Below, piece by piece: positions 23,224 through 36,504 of a DNA stretch of 64,000 bases. This stretch comes from Schmidtea nova. Taxonomy: Eukaryota. Position 1 is the stretch's first letter. Each line of letters starts with the position of its first letter. The stretch is from assembly GCA_044892505.1 (NCBI GenBank), contig CM097883.1, positions 266,104,001 through 266,168,000 on the forward strand, in the 5' to 3' direction. The translations under genes were made by a program, and so were the position numbers. The notes beneath the pieces are model-generated. The model searched no databases. It saw only the letters and a program-made list of their open reading frames with translations, and was not told where the DNA came from.

Positions 23224-26200
23224 TTAGTGCCAATTCTTCCAAGCGCAATACATTCTCGCCGTCCAATTTAGTACTTTCAGAGATATGAGCATGGCGTCTG
23301 ACTGCGTGACACCGAATTTCTGTACGGTGTCCCATGAATCCTCGGCCCAGATACCCCGCCAGTTCAGCGTTAACGCACCGAACTCTACTGTATCTGCCCC
23401 CTGTCCAAGGACCCAGTCACGTATCTCAATCTCATCATATACTTTGGACTTTGTAGTATTCCGTTCTCTCAGATCTGACTTTTCACTAACAATTTGTACA
23501 TCCACGACCATAGCACGGCGGTCCTTGATAATTACTAAATCCGGTTTCCGTATAGTCTCTTTATACGGTATAACCGGTTCCACAAGGGTCTTCCACCCCT
23601 TCTTCCTCGCGATGTCAGCTGTAAAAAGCATCACTTTATTGTGTCGTTCCACTCGCATTCCATGCGTAGCAGTGCACTTTTGTGATATGTGGCTAAGACT
23701 GCAGGGTAACCCACAACCCGCCTTACATATAGATGATGAAGTGGCGGAGCCGCCATTCATACGACTGAGTCGCGTCGGGGTACTAAAAAGGTTTCCACGA
23801 ACTTTGACACTGTTGACGAAGGATCTACCTGTCATCAACTTAGTCCGGGCCTTAAGCCAGTTATGAACAAAAGGCACCTTGTCGCTTTCACACAGACCCT
23901 TCCCATCTAGCTTTTTATACAACAAGTCTCGCATCGACTCGTAATAGGTATGTTTTTCGTACGCCAGGGAGTCACCAGTTTTAATAGGCTTACTCCATTT
24001 GGCTAACAAGTTTCTGACGACATCCTGCTCCACTAATCCGCGAATCCTTCCATCACTGCTATCGGCAAGCCTCCTCAATCTAGTTATCTTCGCAAACTTC
24101 ACCTCAGCCAAGAGAGTAGGTACCCCCATTCCTCCATCTTTAACTTTGGAGTGAATGTACGAAAAGCACGTATCTTTGGGTAGATGTAGCCATTTGCGAA
24201 CAAGCTTCCGGGTTATCTTGTCCAGTTCACAAAGCTCCAAGTCATCGGTTTCGCCTAAAATTGCTTCGTGCAAAATGCCCGGTATAAGGAAGTTAGTTAA
24301 GACTTCCAGTTTTTGTTGTGGTTTAATAGGGGAGATAGTAATATTATTAATGCGTTCTGTAAATATTTTAGTTAAGTTATTTTTCATTTTACCCAGCGGA
24401 CCAAAATAAATGCCTAGATATTTATAAAAATCATTTGATAACAAAATGGGAAATTCCTCTTCACCATCGGCCACTCGCTCCGGCGTTATTATCCAACTGT
24501 CATTCTTCCCGTCTCTTTTGGCTACAATGGATGCACACTTTGCAGCATTCACTGAAAGACCATTTTCACCAAGTTCTCGAAGAACAGAAGAAAGAATGTC
24601 TTGGAGTCCTTCTTTGGTCTCAGCTAGAAGGATAATATCATCAGCGTAGGCCATAATGGGATAGGTATTTCCATTCATCTTGTATCCGAGTTGGGTTTTG
24701 TAGGCTTTCTCAATCGCCAACTCAATAATGTTATTAAAAAGTGCGGGTGAAAGCGGGTCCCTTTGCTTTACACCTCTTTTGAACGTAGCTGGCGTTCCAT
24801 CTACAATAGTCTCGGCGTCAGTGTAGCTATTTTCTATATAGTTTAAAAGTAGTTTGGGGTAATGGGCTATTTTTGCCGCTCTCAAAATACTGTCATGATT
24901 GACAGAATCAAAAGCTTTCTTCATGTCAATGAAGGCGAGGGCAATATTCTTTTTATTTTTACGTGCATCTGAGAGGATGGAGTCTAGTAAAATGGTATTC
25001 TCTAGACATCCATCAATGGGCTTGAACCCTTTTTGGGCTGAAAAACTTTTATCATAGTTTAGGGTTCGCTGAGCGAGAATTTTATTTAAAACTCTAGTTA
25101 TAACTGAATTTATTGAAATAGGCCGATAATCACTTGGACTTTTTGGATTATCGGTCTTTGGTATTAGCGTTGTTCTGGAGCTTTTTAGAACCGGAGGAAG
25201 ATAACCTAGAAAAATAACCAAATTAAATAACTTTACCAATACAGACGTTGGGATCGTCCTTAGTGTTGCTGTAGTAATGCCATCAGGACCACAGGCAGTC
25301 TTCAGGTCTATTTCCTTAACTGAATTCAGAACCTCTGAATCGGTTATAGGTAAAACCATATTACTCTCCTCAGTTACAGTCTCTACCGCTCTTGTATCAG
25401 CATCTGATTCCCTTTCGAAAACCCCACGCCAATACTCACCCAGACCCGTGACTGGTTCGATACCACTCACCAAAGAATCGACCTTCCCCCCGAGTATCAC
25501 TTTGGCTGCCTCACTTCTGTCTTTTTTGAATAATTCTTGGAGAGCTCCATATGTTTTTCTTCGGAACTCTTTCTTCAGATGCTTCTTCGCATCCTTGGGC
25601 GGCTTGACTAGTGGGCTAACCTTACTACGGGGTGGCTTTCCTTTGGGACGATGGCTAAAGGTTATATCATTACAATATATCTCTAGACATCTTCTTTTTT
25701 CATCAGACGCAGAAGGACCGTGGATAATATAGTCAAGGTCGCGCTCTTGCCAATCATCGATACCTTCCTTCTTTGGTAGTGCGGAGAGGTATTTAATGAT
25801 TGCTTCTTTGTCCGATTCATCGTGGGCGAACTGAACCTGCTGCTTGTTTTGCGGTATGTAAATATTGTCGTCAGGGTTTTCCCTTAACACTTGTAATATT
25901 TTACAATACCTAACCGTTTTCAAGTGTGCTCTAATGGACTCCTTGGAGCGATCAGCACTAACGGTCCCTAATTTGTACATTAAAACTCCTCTATTACATT
26001 CGAGTCTCTCACATGCCACATGCACCTTAGCCATGCGGACTTCCTCCTCAACAGTCCAAATTGCGTTACGCGAGTTGATTTTATTTTTATTTATTTTATT
26101 TATCTTAGCGGCATCGTGTTCATCACGATGTTTGTTACTGGTGTGTACCCCCTTCCCAATTTTAGTCGAAAAAACTGCTTCACAAAAATCACAAGCGAAA

Positions 26201-26250
26201 GTGTCGGCGGCTTCCTCTCCCTTCGTTTTTAATTTATCATTTGTTTTCAT
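23224..26250 (-). CDS. R2-type protein, 1008 aa (C2H2 ZF, Myb, RT, CCHC, REL endonuclease)
   Basis: CDFC..H...H; WTVEEE..RSKESIR (Myb); QRDPLSP and AYADD; CKAGC..SLSHISQKC; RHNKV; KPDLVI..VVDV. Confidence 0.95.
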   Translation of the reverse strand: MKTNDKLKTKGEEAADTFACDFCEAVFSTKIGKGVHTSNKHRDEHDAAKINKINKNKINSRNAIWTVEEEVRMAKVHVACERLECNRGVLMYKLGTVSADRSKESIRAHLKTVRYCKILQVLRENPDDNIYIPQNKQQVQFAHDESDKEAIIKYLSALPKKEGIDDWQERDLDYIIHGPSASDEKRRCLEIYCNDITFSHRPKGKPPRSKVSPLVKPPKDAKKHLKKEFRRKTYGALQELFKKDRSEAAKVILGGKVDSLVSGIEPVTGLGEYWRGVFERESDADTRAVETVTEESNMVLPITDSEVLNSVKEIDLKTACGPDGITTATLRTIPTSVLVKLFNLVIFLGYLPPVLKSSRTTLIPKTDNPKSPSDYRPISINSVITRVLNKILAQRTLNYDKSFSAQKGFKPIDGCLENTILLDSILSDARKNKKNIALAFIDMKKAFDSVNHDSILRAAKIAHYPKLLLNYIENSYTDAETIVDGTPATFKRGVKQRDPLSPALFNNIIELAIEKAYKTQLGYKMNGNTYPIMAYADDIILLAETKEGLQDILSSVLRELGENGLSVNAAKCASIVAKRDGKNDSWIITPERVADGEEEFPILLSNDFYKYLGIYFGPLGKMKNNLTKIFTERINNITISPIKPQQKLEVLTNFLIPGILHEAILGETDDLELCELDKITRKLVRKWLHLPKDTCFSYIHSKVKDGGMGVPTLLAEVKFAKITRLRRLADSSDGRIRGLVEQDVVRNLLAKWSKPIKTGDSLAYEKHTYYESMRDLLYKKLDGKGLCESDKVPFVHNWLKARTKLMTGRSFVNSVKVRGNLFSTPTRLSRMNGGSATSSSICKAGCGLPCSLSHISQKCTATHGMRVERHNKVMLFTADIARKKGWKTLVEPVIPYKETIRKPDLVIIKDRRAMVVDVQIVSEKSDLRERNTTKSKVYDEIEIRDWVLGQGADTVEFGALTLNWRGIWAEDSWDTVQKFGVTQSDAMLISLKVLNWTARMYCAWKNWH

Positions 26251-29040
26251 TTTTCATTTTTCAGTTTTTAAGGGAGTGTTTTACAGTAATACACACTCCC
26301 TTGGTAATGTCTCACCGTCCTAAAATTAACCTACGTAGATACCTTACCTAGTTCTTTAGTGGTGGTGGTCGTATACAATCTTATTCTTAAGCATTATTAT
26401 TTTCCTAGCATGAAAGCCCACATACAACCAGTAGTTTGTTGTATGTGGGCTTTCATGTTAGCATGCTCCCTGATACCGGAGCATTACTTTAAAAGACAAT
26501 ATAACTACAATATAACTACATATTTAAAAGTCTGTGCAAAATGCCCACATAGTACCCCTTGGGGCACTATGTGGGCAATTATACATTACAACTTTTGTAC
26601 ACAAATGAAAATACATTATACACAATATGACATCAGTACTATTAACTACATATTTAAAAGTCTGTGCAAAATGCCCACATAGTACCCCTTGGGGCACTAT
26701 GTGGGCAATTATACATTACAACTTTTATACACAAAATCAGAATTTACAAATACAGATTGGTGGGGAGGACATACTGGGCCAGTCCTCTCCTTATATAATA
26801 CCATAGTTAATACTTAAATACCTGAGTACTAATTTATTTCAAGTACCTAAAATACCTGGAAGCCTTAAAATACCTGAAATACCTAAAATACCTACAATAC
26901 CTAAAATACCTACAATACCTATAATACCTACAATACCTAAAATACCTACAATACCTAAAATACCTACAATACCTACAATACCTAAAATACCTACAATACC
27001 TAAAATAACTAAAATACCTAAAGATACCTAAAATAACTAAAATACCTAAAATACCTGAAAATAGAATGACAATATGGTTAATAATTAATATATTTAATAA
27101 TTTAAGGGTCAAGGAAAATTTTGGCGTGGCGGTGCTTGGGTTAAGGGGGAGATCTCGATCTAGTTAATACTTATGAACTAGTCAATTCTCGTACCAACAT
27201 GTTTTCGGTTGAGTAGTGGCCTACTACTCCACCGAAAACTGTCAGTCTGATCTCCCTTATCCGCCCTTACCCTAGCGGCTGGTTTGAACTTATGTAGCAG
27301 TACTACACAGACCCATTCACGTTTATAGTGAGAAGGGTATCACTCTGATCTGCCGGACGTACCCTACCCTCGCCTGATCATAACGTTGATAGGTCCGTTA
27401 TGATTTTTCCTGTGGTAAGATCTGCTCTATAGAGACTATATACTATAGAGGGTCTATCCCGCCTTGTTATTGGCAAGATAAAACTATGTAAAAATGCAAA
27501 CACTAACTATGCGTAAGCAATATATTACCTTTTTTAAGGACAGGTATAAAGTTGACCACTACCCCAAGAACGCGACTGCTTTAGACGCTTTGTTCAAGGC
27601 GAACACATGGTACTCGATAGCCCTTAATGAGAGTAATGCGGCACCGAATTGTCGAAGCACCGAAGCACTCCAATTCTTCTACCGCAGACCTAAGATCAAT
27701 TGGCAATCAGTGGTATTTTTCACCCACCAACTGACAAACACTTAGAATTTTACTATATAGCTAGGCTATATAGAACAAAATCATTTTTATAGTGGGAATT
27801 GCCACCACTTATGTAACCAACATCGAGCCAACATCGAGTTTACTAAGCAACTAGGCCACTTAGAACAATTCCTTTGGCAATGAGAATTGCAAAACACCTG
27901 TACACAGGACCGACAATCACGTGTCGACGACAAGACCTGATTAACCCGGGCCCTTTATCAGTAATCAGCAGTATGTTTCACCCACCAACTACCAAACGTC
28001 CCGTATTTTTACTATATAGCTAGGCTATATAGAACAAAATCATTTTTATAGTGGGAATTGCCACCACTTATGTAACCAGCATCGAGCCAACATCGAGTTT
28101 ACTAAGCAACTAGGCCACTTAGAACAATTCCTTTGGCAATGAGAATTGCAAAACACCTGTACACAGGACCGACAATCACGTGTCGACGACAAGACCTGAT
28201 TAACCCGGGCCCTTATCAGTAATCAGCAGTATGTTTCACCCACCAACTACCAAACGTCCCGTATTTTTACTATATAGCTAGGCTATATAGAACAAAATCA
28301 TTTTTATAGTGGGAATTGCCACCACTTATGTAACCAACATCGAGCCAACATCGAGTTTACTAAGCAACTAGGCCACTTAGAACAATTCCTTTGGCAATGA
28401 GAATTGCAAAACACCTGTACACAGGACCGACAATCACGTGTCGACGACAAGACCTGATTAACCCGGGCCCTTATCAGTAATCAGCAGTATGTTTCACCCA
28501 CCAACTACTAAACGTCCCGTATTTTTACTATAAAGCTAGGCTATATAGAACAAAGTCAATTTATAGTGAGATTTGCTACCACTGATATGACCAACATCGA
28601 ACCAACCGCGATTATTACCATCACTATATTTTATCCAACATCGACCAGATCGTTCAATCAGTTCCTCTAGTTTCAAAGGCGTCCCCGCACTACACTCGCA
28701 GAATAAGTACTAATGTATATATTCGCTGGTAGATTTAAGATCCATTATAAGAATTAACACTGTTTTTAAAAAAAGAGTGAGAGTAATTCTTAGTATAATC
28801 TCAGTACAGTCTTCCTAGTTCGGTTACTCCGGGCGTCCCACAGAGATTCTCACTAGAAGATCGGATCTTAAACTTCATGTTGCCATAAAGGTATATTTTC
28901 ATATACTATCACCTTAAAGAGGCACTTCTGGACATATATATATATTACCAAAAGTGAACCTCTCAAAACGCTACTATAGAACGTAACGATAATTAAAATC
29001 ACCTCCCGAAGGAAGGATAATGAGATCAAATGACTATTAC

Positions 29041-29110
29041 CGAGTTTACGTTTTTGGTTCCATATTTCCATATGGTTAACAGGAAGACCCCGTGAAGGCC
29101 CGTAAACTCG
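29041..29110 (-). ncRNA. HDV-like ribozyme core, R2 copy 2
   Basis: P2 CGAGTTTACG/CGTAAACTCG, L3 TTCACG, P4 CCATAT-GGAA-ATATGG. Confidence 0.7.
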
Positions 29111-29375
29111 AGCTTCTTTCTCACGCACATATGTACTAAACTGTACTATTGTACTAGAAAGTTGTAAATCGCAAACACCCAGCCAACAATTACGGCAGAT
29201 GTTATATTATATTCACCATGGCAGGTTCCAATTGTCCTTTCCTCGGTTATAGTCAGTAACCTAAGAAAATACTATGATAAATCATAGTTTACTACAACTC
29301 CGGGTATCTCACGACACCACTTTGTTAGTTATAGTTATTTAAGTTAGACAATCGGAGATCCTAGCAAACTAGACT

Positions 29376-29624
29376 TAGTCCGTGCCAGTTCTAAGTTGAC
29401 CGTTTAGTGTACAACGACGATCGTCAATCCGAAGACCAACAACCAAAGCAAAATTCGCCCATCAACCAGTTAAAAAAGTACCATCTCAACACCATTTCAA
29501 GTTGCCTCAAAACAGCATCAAAACAGCTCAATTCTATACCAACTGACTTCTTAACTAAGCCCATCATACCCGGTCCTTAGAGCCAATCCTTTTACCGAAG
29601 GTACGGATCTAATTTGCCGACTTC
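29376..29624 (-). rRNA. 28S: 28S rRNA gene fragment at the 5' end of R2 copy 2
   Basis: Same sequence and ends as 20592-20840. Confidence 0.9.
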
Positions 29625-30502
29625 TTTTTTTCTTACCATCGCGTCTGTGTGCGCATTATGATTTTCATGGTTATCGCGTCTGTGTGCGCGTTTTGTTGGG
29701 ACTTTTATTTGAGGTTTGGAATAAATTGATTGAGAAATAAAATCGTGGAGTTTAAAAATCTGGTTGTTTTATCGTGTGATTTGTTGGATAAAATTGAATT
29801 TCTGGGAGTTTTGAAATCTTTGCTGAGTAATTCTTTGTGATTGATTCGAATTTTCTGAAATGACATCAAGCTTGATCTTATTACATTTTAATCATGTTGG
29901 CAACGTTCTCATACAAGTAGACTCTAATTCGATAGTTGACATTCAAACTGAAGACGATGCTTTGGAAACGAAAGAGTGTATCTCTATAGATTGTGAAAAT
30001 AATATTATATCCTCAAGAGATATCAATCCTACTTTTCAATTTAAGAAAGTTAATTGTGAGTAGGTAGTTAGTGGCTCCCCAACCCAGTGGCTCCCCAACC
30101 CACCCCCCCCCCTAGAAAAAAAGTGGGTTGGGGAGCCACTATGTTTTTTCGTCGATCTTTTGTATAGGAAAATTTTCGTCGATCTTTTGTATAGGAAAAT
30201 TTTCGTCGATCTTTTGTATAGGAAAATTTTGTCGGTCTTTTGTACAGGTGGGTTGGGGAGCCACTATGTTTTTGGGTCGATCTTTTGTATAGGAAATTTT
30301 TATCAATCTTTTGAATAGGATTTTCTACTCGGAGATTTTTTTCTCGGGCAAAAAGGGACTCTGAAATTTTGTACAGTGATTTTTGATCTGGTATTTTTGA
30401 ATAGGATTTTTGTTATGGTTATTTTGAATAGAGAATTTTATGTCGGTCTTTTGTATAGAAAAATTTTTTTCAATCTTTTCTATAGGATTTTTTTTTGTCA
30501 GT

Positions 30503-33500
30503 CGAGGCATATGGCTAGAGAAACTCATAGATAAAGTATAAAACGAGCTATTAACCTGGAGTTTTATTTTCCTTTTTAAGCACAGGCTCTTTGTAAGGTC
30601 AGTTTGTTTTGGAACCAACCTACGCAGATGCTTCACTCGTTTTTCCCACCAAGGATTAGCAGGAGTAATAAACTCTTTATCGGAGTCTTTCCCCAAAAGC
30701 CAACATACGTTTTACCGCTTTATTAGCAATTGGTTTGCCTGCACACTTTACTCAGAGTGTACATAGGTAGCAATCCCTAGAGATTACTCAGTGCCTCATC
30801 ACCTTTGGACCATCTATCACCTTTACTTACACTTGGTAAACTTCCTCTCTTTGTACTCGTGTTAGTTTATTAGTGTCGAAGTGATAGATTAATGCCAGTC
30901 GAATCATAGTGGCAAGCCACAAAATCAACGACCAACATTCAACTTACATGATAGATCAACGGATTCTTTAGAGGACAAAAGATACTTGTGGTATCCGGCT
31001 CCCCCTGCGCTGCCCCCACCACAGGTACGTTATTAAGGCAATCGTATTACCGGCCGCGTTGACGCATGTAAACCCACTTAGCAAGCCAAGTGGTGCAGTT
31101 TATCTTTTTATAACTGGTGGTCCTACTCCCACACTGTCTTTACAACTTAACACCAACCAGCTCCGAATATCTTGCTTTCGCTGTCATTTAAACGGTGAGA
31201 CTGGCACTAAGCTGCGCTGCCAATGGTTATGATAAGTAGTCATAACTCGTGTAGTCCTATTCAGCAATCTGAATAGCGTAGTTTGTCTTTTTGTAGCTGG
31301 TGGTTCTACTCCCACACTGCCGGACAAGCATCGTACTCATCCTCATACAAACACTAATACTCTATTAAACTCGAGGCTTTGATAATGTCTTGCCTGACTC
31401 TTCAAGAGATTTATATACATGTTTGCGTCCAGTTTTCCCGGTTCATTATTATTATTAAGATAAAATAAAATAAAATAAAGTTAAAAGGATACGATTGTTC
31501 TTGTAGAGAAGATCGAATAGGCCTAAAGAAAACTCAAAGTAATTGAACTTACCACAGGGTCTCCTCGAATGCACGACTTGGACCTAACTAGCGGGATTTA
31601 TACTAAGGGAGTTCCACCCATTCTTGCACCCTCAGCCGATCGTGCACCCACCCTTTAAGCGAAAGGAAGACCCTCTACGGACTGTCGGGAGAGTTCTTCG
31701 CAGCTTCTTCTGTTATCCCTACAATGGGTCTCGGAAGCGGCCCCAAATCCACGAGTGAAACCTACGAAGCAATCTTTCCTTCTAAATATTTTGTAAATAA
31801 GTAATTTAATTAAATCTGCCCCCTATTTTATAGTCAAGCAAACATACAGACAAACAACCAGACAACCAGAGACTAAATGAAAATAAGTAAACAATAAATA
31901 AAATAAGAAACGAAATGTGAGTTTAGTATATAGAATATATGGTTATTTTAATAATAAAGATAATGTTATAAACCAATACTGTTATTATATAAACATACAA
32001 ACTATAAGTGCCAATTCTTCCAAGCGCAATACATTCTCGCCGTCCAATTTAGTACTTTCAGAGATATGAGCATGGCGTCTGACTGCGTGACACCGAATTT
32101 CTGTACGGTGTCCCATGAATCCTCGGCCCAGATACCCCGCCAGTTCAGCGTTAACGCACCGAACTCTACTGTATCTGCCCCCTGTCCAAGGACCCAGTCA
32201 CGTATCTCAATCTCATCATATACTTTGGACTTTGTAGTATTCCGTTCTCTCAGATCTGACTTTTCACTAACAATTTGTACATCCACGACCATAGCACGGC
32301 GGTCCTTGATAATTACTAAATCCGGTTTCCGTATAGTCTCTTTATACGGTATAACCGGTTCCACAAGGGTCTTCCTCCCCTTCTTCCTCGCGATGTCAGC
32401 TGTAAAAAGCATCACTTTATTGTGTCGTTCCACTCGCATTCCATGCGTAGCAGTGCACTTTTGTGATATGTGGCTAAGACTGCAGGGTAACCCACAACCC
32501 GCCTTACATATAGATGATGAAGTGGCGGAGCCGCCATTCATACGACTGAGTCGCGTCGGGGTACTAAAAAGGTTTCCACGAACTTTGACACTGTTGACGA
32601 AGGATCTACCTGTCATCAACTTAGTCCGGGCCTTAAGCCAGTTATGAACAAAAGGCACCTTGTCGCTTTCACACAGACCCTTCCCATCTAGCTTTTTATA
32701 CAACAAGTCTCGCATCGACTCGTAATAGGTATGTTTTTCGTACGCCAGGGAGTCACCAGTTTTAATAGGCTTACTCCATTTGGCTAACAAGTTTCTGACG
32801 ACATCCTGCTCCACTAATCCGCGAATCCTTCCATCACTGCTATCGGCAAGCCTCCTCAATCTAGTTATCTTCGCAAACTTCACCTCAGCCAAGAGAGTAG
32901 GTACCCCCATTCCTCCATCTTTAACTTTGGAGTGAATGTACGAAAAGCACGTATCTTTGGGTAGATGTAGCCATTTGCGAACAAGCTTCCGGGTTATCTT
33001 GTCCAGTTCACAAAGCTCCAAGTCATCGGTTTCGCCTAAAATTGCTTCGTGCAAAATGCCCGGTATAAGGAAGTTAGTTAAGACTTCCAGTTTTTGTTGT
33101 GGTTTAATAGGGGAGATAGTAATATTATTAATGCGTTCTGTAAATATTTTAGTTAAGTTATTTTTCATTTTACCCAGCGGACCAAAATAAATGCCTAGAT
33201 ATTTATAAAAATCATTTGATAACAAAATGGGAAATTCCTCTTCACCATCGGCCACTCGCTCCGGCGTTATTATCCAACTGTCATTCTTCCCGTCTCTTTT
33301 GGCTACAATGGATGCACACTTTGCAGCATTCACTGAAAGACCATTTTCACCAAGTTCTCGAAGAACAGAAGAAAGAATGTCTTGGAGTCCTTCTTTGGTC
33401 TCAGCTAGAAGGATAATATCATCAGCGTAGGCCATAATGGGATAGGTATTTCCATTCATCTTGTATCCGAGTTGGGTTTTGTAGGCTTTCTCAATCGCCA

Positions 33501-36500
33501 ACTCAATAATGTTATTAAAAAGTGCGGGTGAAAGCGGGTCCCTTTGCTTTACACCTCTTTTGAACGTAGCTGGCGTTCCATCTACAATAGTCTCGGCGTC
33601 AGTGTAGCTATTTTCTATATAGTTTAAAAGTAGTTTGGGGTAATGGGCTATTTTTGCCGCTCTCAAAATACTGTCATGATTGACAGAATCAAAAGCTTTC
33701 TTCATGTCAATGAAGGCGAGGGCAATATTCTTTTTATTTTTACGTGCATCTGAGAGGATGGAGTCTAGTAAAATGGTATTCTCTAGACATCCATCAATGG
33801 GCTTGAACCCTTTTTGGGCTGAAAAACTTTTATCATAGTTTAGGGTTCGCTGAGCGAGAATTTTATTTAAAACTCTAGTTATAACTGAATTTATTGAAAT
33901 AGGCCGATAATCACTTGGACTTTTTGGATTATCGGTCTTTGGTATTAGCGTTGTTCTGGAGCTTTTTAGAACCGGAGGAAGATAACCTAGAAAAATAACC
34001 AAATTAAATAACTTTACCAATACAGACGTTGGGATCGTCCTTAGTGTTGCTGTAGTAATGCCATCAGGACCACAGGCAGTCTTCAGGTCTATTTCCTTAA
34101 CTGAATTCAGAACCTCTGAATCGGTTATAGGTAAAACCATATTACTCTCCTCAGTTACAGTCTCTACCGCTCTTGTATCAGCATCTGATTCCCTTTCGAA
34201 AACCCCACGCCAATACTCACCCAGACCCGTGACTGGTTCGATACCACTCACCAAAGAATCGACCTTCCCCCCGAGTATCACTTTGGCTGCCTCACTTCTG
34301 TCTTTTTTGAATAATTCTTGGAGAGCTCCATATGTTTTTCTTCGGAACTCTTTCTTCAGATGCTTCTTCGCATCCTTGGGCGGCTTGACTAGTGGGCTAA
34401 CCTTACTACGGGGTGGCTTTCCTTTGGGACGATGGCTAAAGGTTATATCATTACAATATATCTCTAGACATCTTCTTTTTTCATCAGACGCAGAAGGACC
34501 GTGGATAATATAGTCAAGGTCGCGCTCTTGCCAATCATCGATACCTTCCTTCTTTGGTAGTGCGGAGAGGTATTTAATGATTGCTTCTTTGTCCGATTCA
34601 TCGTGGGCGAACTGAACCTGCTGCTTGTTTTGCGGTATGTAAATATTGTCGTCAGGGTTTTCCCTTAACACTTGTAATATTTTACAATACCTAACCGTTT
34701 TCAAGTGTGCTCTAATGGACTCCTTGGAGCGATCAGCACTAACGGTCCCTAATTTGTACATTAAAACTCCTCTATTACATTCGAGTCTCTCACATGCCAC
34801 ATGCACCTTAGCCATGCGGACTTCCTCCTCAACAGTCCAAATTGCGTTACGCGAGTTGATTTTATTTTTATTTATTTTATTTATCTTAGCGGCATCGTGT
34901 TCATCACGATGTTTGTTACTGGTGTGTACCCCCTTCCCAATTTTAGTCGAAAAAACTGCTTCACAAAAATCACAAGCGAAAGTGTCGGCGGCTTCCTCTC
35001 CCTTCGTTTTTAATTTATCATTTGTTTTCATTTTTCATTTTTCAGTTTTTAAGGGAGTGTTTTACAGTAAGACACACTCCCTTGGTAATGTCTCACCGTC
35101 CTAAAATTAACCTACGTAGATACCTTACCTAGTTCTTTAGTGGTGGTGGTCGTATACAATCTTATTCTTAAGCATTATTATTTTCCTAGCATGAAAGCCC
35201 ACATACAACCAGTAGTTTGTTGTATGTGGGCTTTCATGTTAGCATGCTCCCTGATACCGGAGCATTACTTTAAAAGACAATATAACTACAATATAACTAC
35301 ATATTTAAAAGTCTGTGCAAAATGCCCACATAGTACCCCTTGGGGCACTATGTGGGCAATTATACATTACAACTTTTGTACACAAATGAAAATACATTAT
35401 ACACAATATGACATCAGTACTATTAACTACATATTTAAAAGTCTGTGCAAAATGCCCACATAGTACCCCTTGGGGCACTATGTGGGCAATTATACATTAC
35501 AACTTTTATACACAAAATCAGAATTTACAAATACAGATTGGTGGGGAGGACATACTGGGCCAGTCCTCTCCTTATATAATACCATAGTTAATACTTAAAT
35601 ACCTGAGTACTAATTTATTTCAAGTACCTAAAATACCTGGAAGCCTTAAAATACCTGAAATACCTAAAATACCTACAATACCTAAAATACCTACAATACC
35701 TACAATACCTACAATACCTAAAATACCTACAATACCTAAAATACCTACAATACCTACAATACCTAAAATACCTACAATACCTAAAATAACTAAAATACCT
35801 AAAGATACCTAAAATAACTAAAATACCTAAAATACCTGAAAATAGAATGACAATATGGTTAATAATTAATATATTTAATAATTTAAGGGTCAAGGAAAAT
35901 TTTGGCGTGGCGGTGCTTGGGTTAAGGGGGAGATCTCGATCTAGTTAATACTTATGAACTAGTCAATTCTCGTACCAACATGTTTTCGGTTGAGTAGTGG
36001 CCTACTACTCCACCGAAAACTGTCAGTCTGATCTCCCTTATCCGCCCTTACCCTAGCGGCTGGTTTGAACTTATGTAGCAGTACTACACAGACCCATTCA
36101 CGTTTATAGTGAGAAGGGTATCACTCTGATCTGCCGGACGTACCCTACCCTCGCCTGATCATAACGTTGATAGGTCCGTTATGATTTTTCCTGTGGTAGG
36201 ATCTGCTCTATAGAGACTATATACTATAGAGGGTCTATCCCGCCTTGTTATTGGCAAGATAAAACTATGTAAAAATGCAAACACTAACTATGCGTAAGCA
36301 ATATATTACCTTTTTTAAGGACAGGTATAAAGTTGACCACTACCCCAAGAACGCGACTGCTTTAGACGCTTTGTTCAAGGCGAACACATGGTACTCGATA
36401 GCCCTTAATGAGAGTAATGCGGCACCGAATTGTCGAAGCACCGAAGCACTCCAATTCTTCTACCGCAGACCTAAGATCAATTGGCAATCAGTGGTATTTT

Positions 36501-36504
36501 TCAC
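30503..36504 (-). mobile_element. R2-clade element, copy 3 (5'-truncated in UTR, ORF complete)
   Basis: Near-identical to copy 2; stops at 36504 against a T16 tract. Confidence 0.92.
32002..35031 (-). CDS. R2-type protein, 1009 aa
   Basis: Same domains as copy 2; W-to-R in KKGWK and stop shifted by one codon. Confidence 0.95.
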   Translation of the reverse strand: MKTNDKLKTKGEEAADTFACDFCEAVFSTKIGKGVHTSNKHRDEHDAAKINKINKNKINSRNAIWTVEEEVRMAKVHVACERLECNRGVLMYKLGTVSADRSKESIRAHLKTVRYCKILQVLRENPDDNIYIPQNKQQVQFAHDESDKEAIIKYLSALPKKEGIDDWQERDLDYIIHGPSASDEKRRCLEIYCNDITFSHRPKGKPPRSKVSPLVKPPKDAKKHLKKEFRRKTYGALQELFKKDRSEAAKVILGGKVDSLVSGIEPVTGLGEYWRGVFERESDADTRAVETVTEESNMVLPITDSEVLNSVKEIDLKTACGPDGITTATLRTIPTSVLVKLFNLVIFLGYLPPVLKSSRTTLIPKTDNPKSPSDYRPISINSVITRVLNKILAQRTLNYDKSFSAQKGFKPIDGCLENTILLDSILSDARKNKKNIALAFIDMKKAFDSVNHDSILRAAKIAHYPKLLLNYIENSYTDAETIVDGTPATFKRGVKQRDPLSPALFNNIIELAIEKAYKTQLGYKMNGNTYPIMAYADDIILLAETKEGLQDILSSVLRELGENGLSVNAAKCASIVAKRDGKNDSWIITPERVADGEEEFPILLSNDFYKYLGIYFGPLGKMKNNLTKIFTERINNITISPIKPQQKLEVLTNFLIPGILHEAILGETDDLELCELDKITRKLVRKWLHLPKDTCFSYIHSKVKDGGMGVPTLLAEVKFAKITRLRRLADSSDGRIRGLVEQDVVRNLLAKWSKPIKTGDSLAYEKHTYYESMRDLLYKKLDGKGLCESDKVPFVHNWLKARTKLMTGRSFVNSVKVRGNLFSTPTRLSRMNGGSATSSSICKAGCGLPCSLSHISQKCTATHGMRVERHNKVMLFTADIARKKGRKTLVEPVIPYKETIRKPDLVIIKDRRAMVVDVQIVSEKSDLRERNTTKSKVYDEIEIRDWVLGQGADTVEFGALTLNWRGIWAEDSWDTVQKFGVTQSDAMLISLKVLNWTARMYCAWKNWHL

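Larger units (their letters stand above)
21721..29624 (-). mobile_element. R2-clade element, copy 2 (full length)
   Basis: Same ends as copy 1; uninterrupted ORF. Confidence 0.92.

Noticed and set aside
23224-26250. NeSL, Utopia or R4 assignment
   Set aside because: No spliced-leader or U2 target seen; single ZF + Myb and the TAGCCA.ATGCCTCG remnant point to R2
26834-27112. RYFRYC-repeat ORFs (also 35615-35893) and MRRVSWL ORFs (42325, 42987)
   Set aside because: Translations of minisatellites
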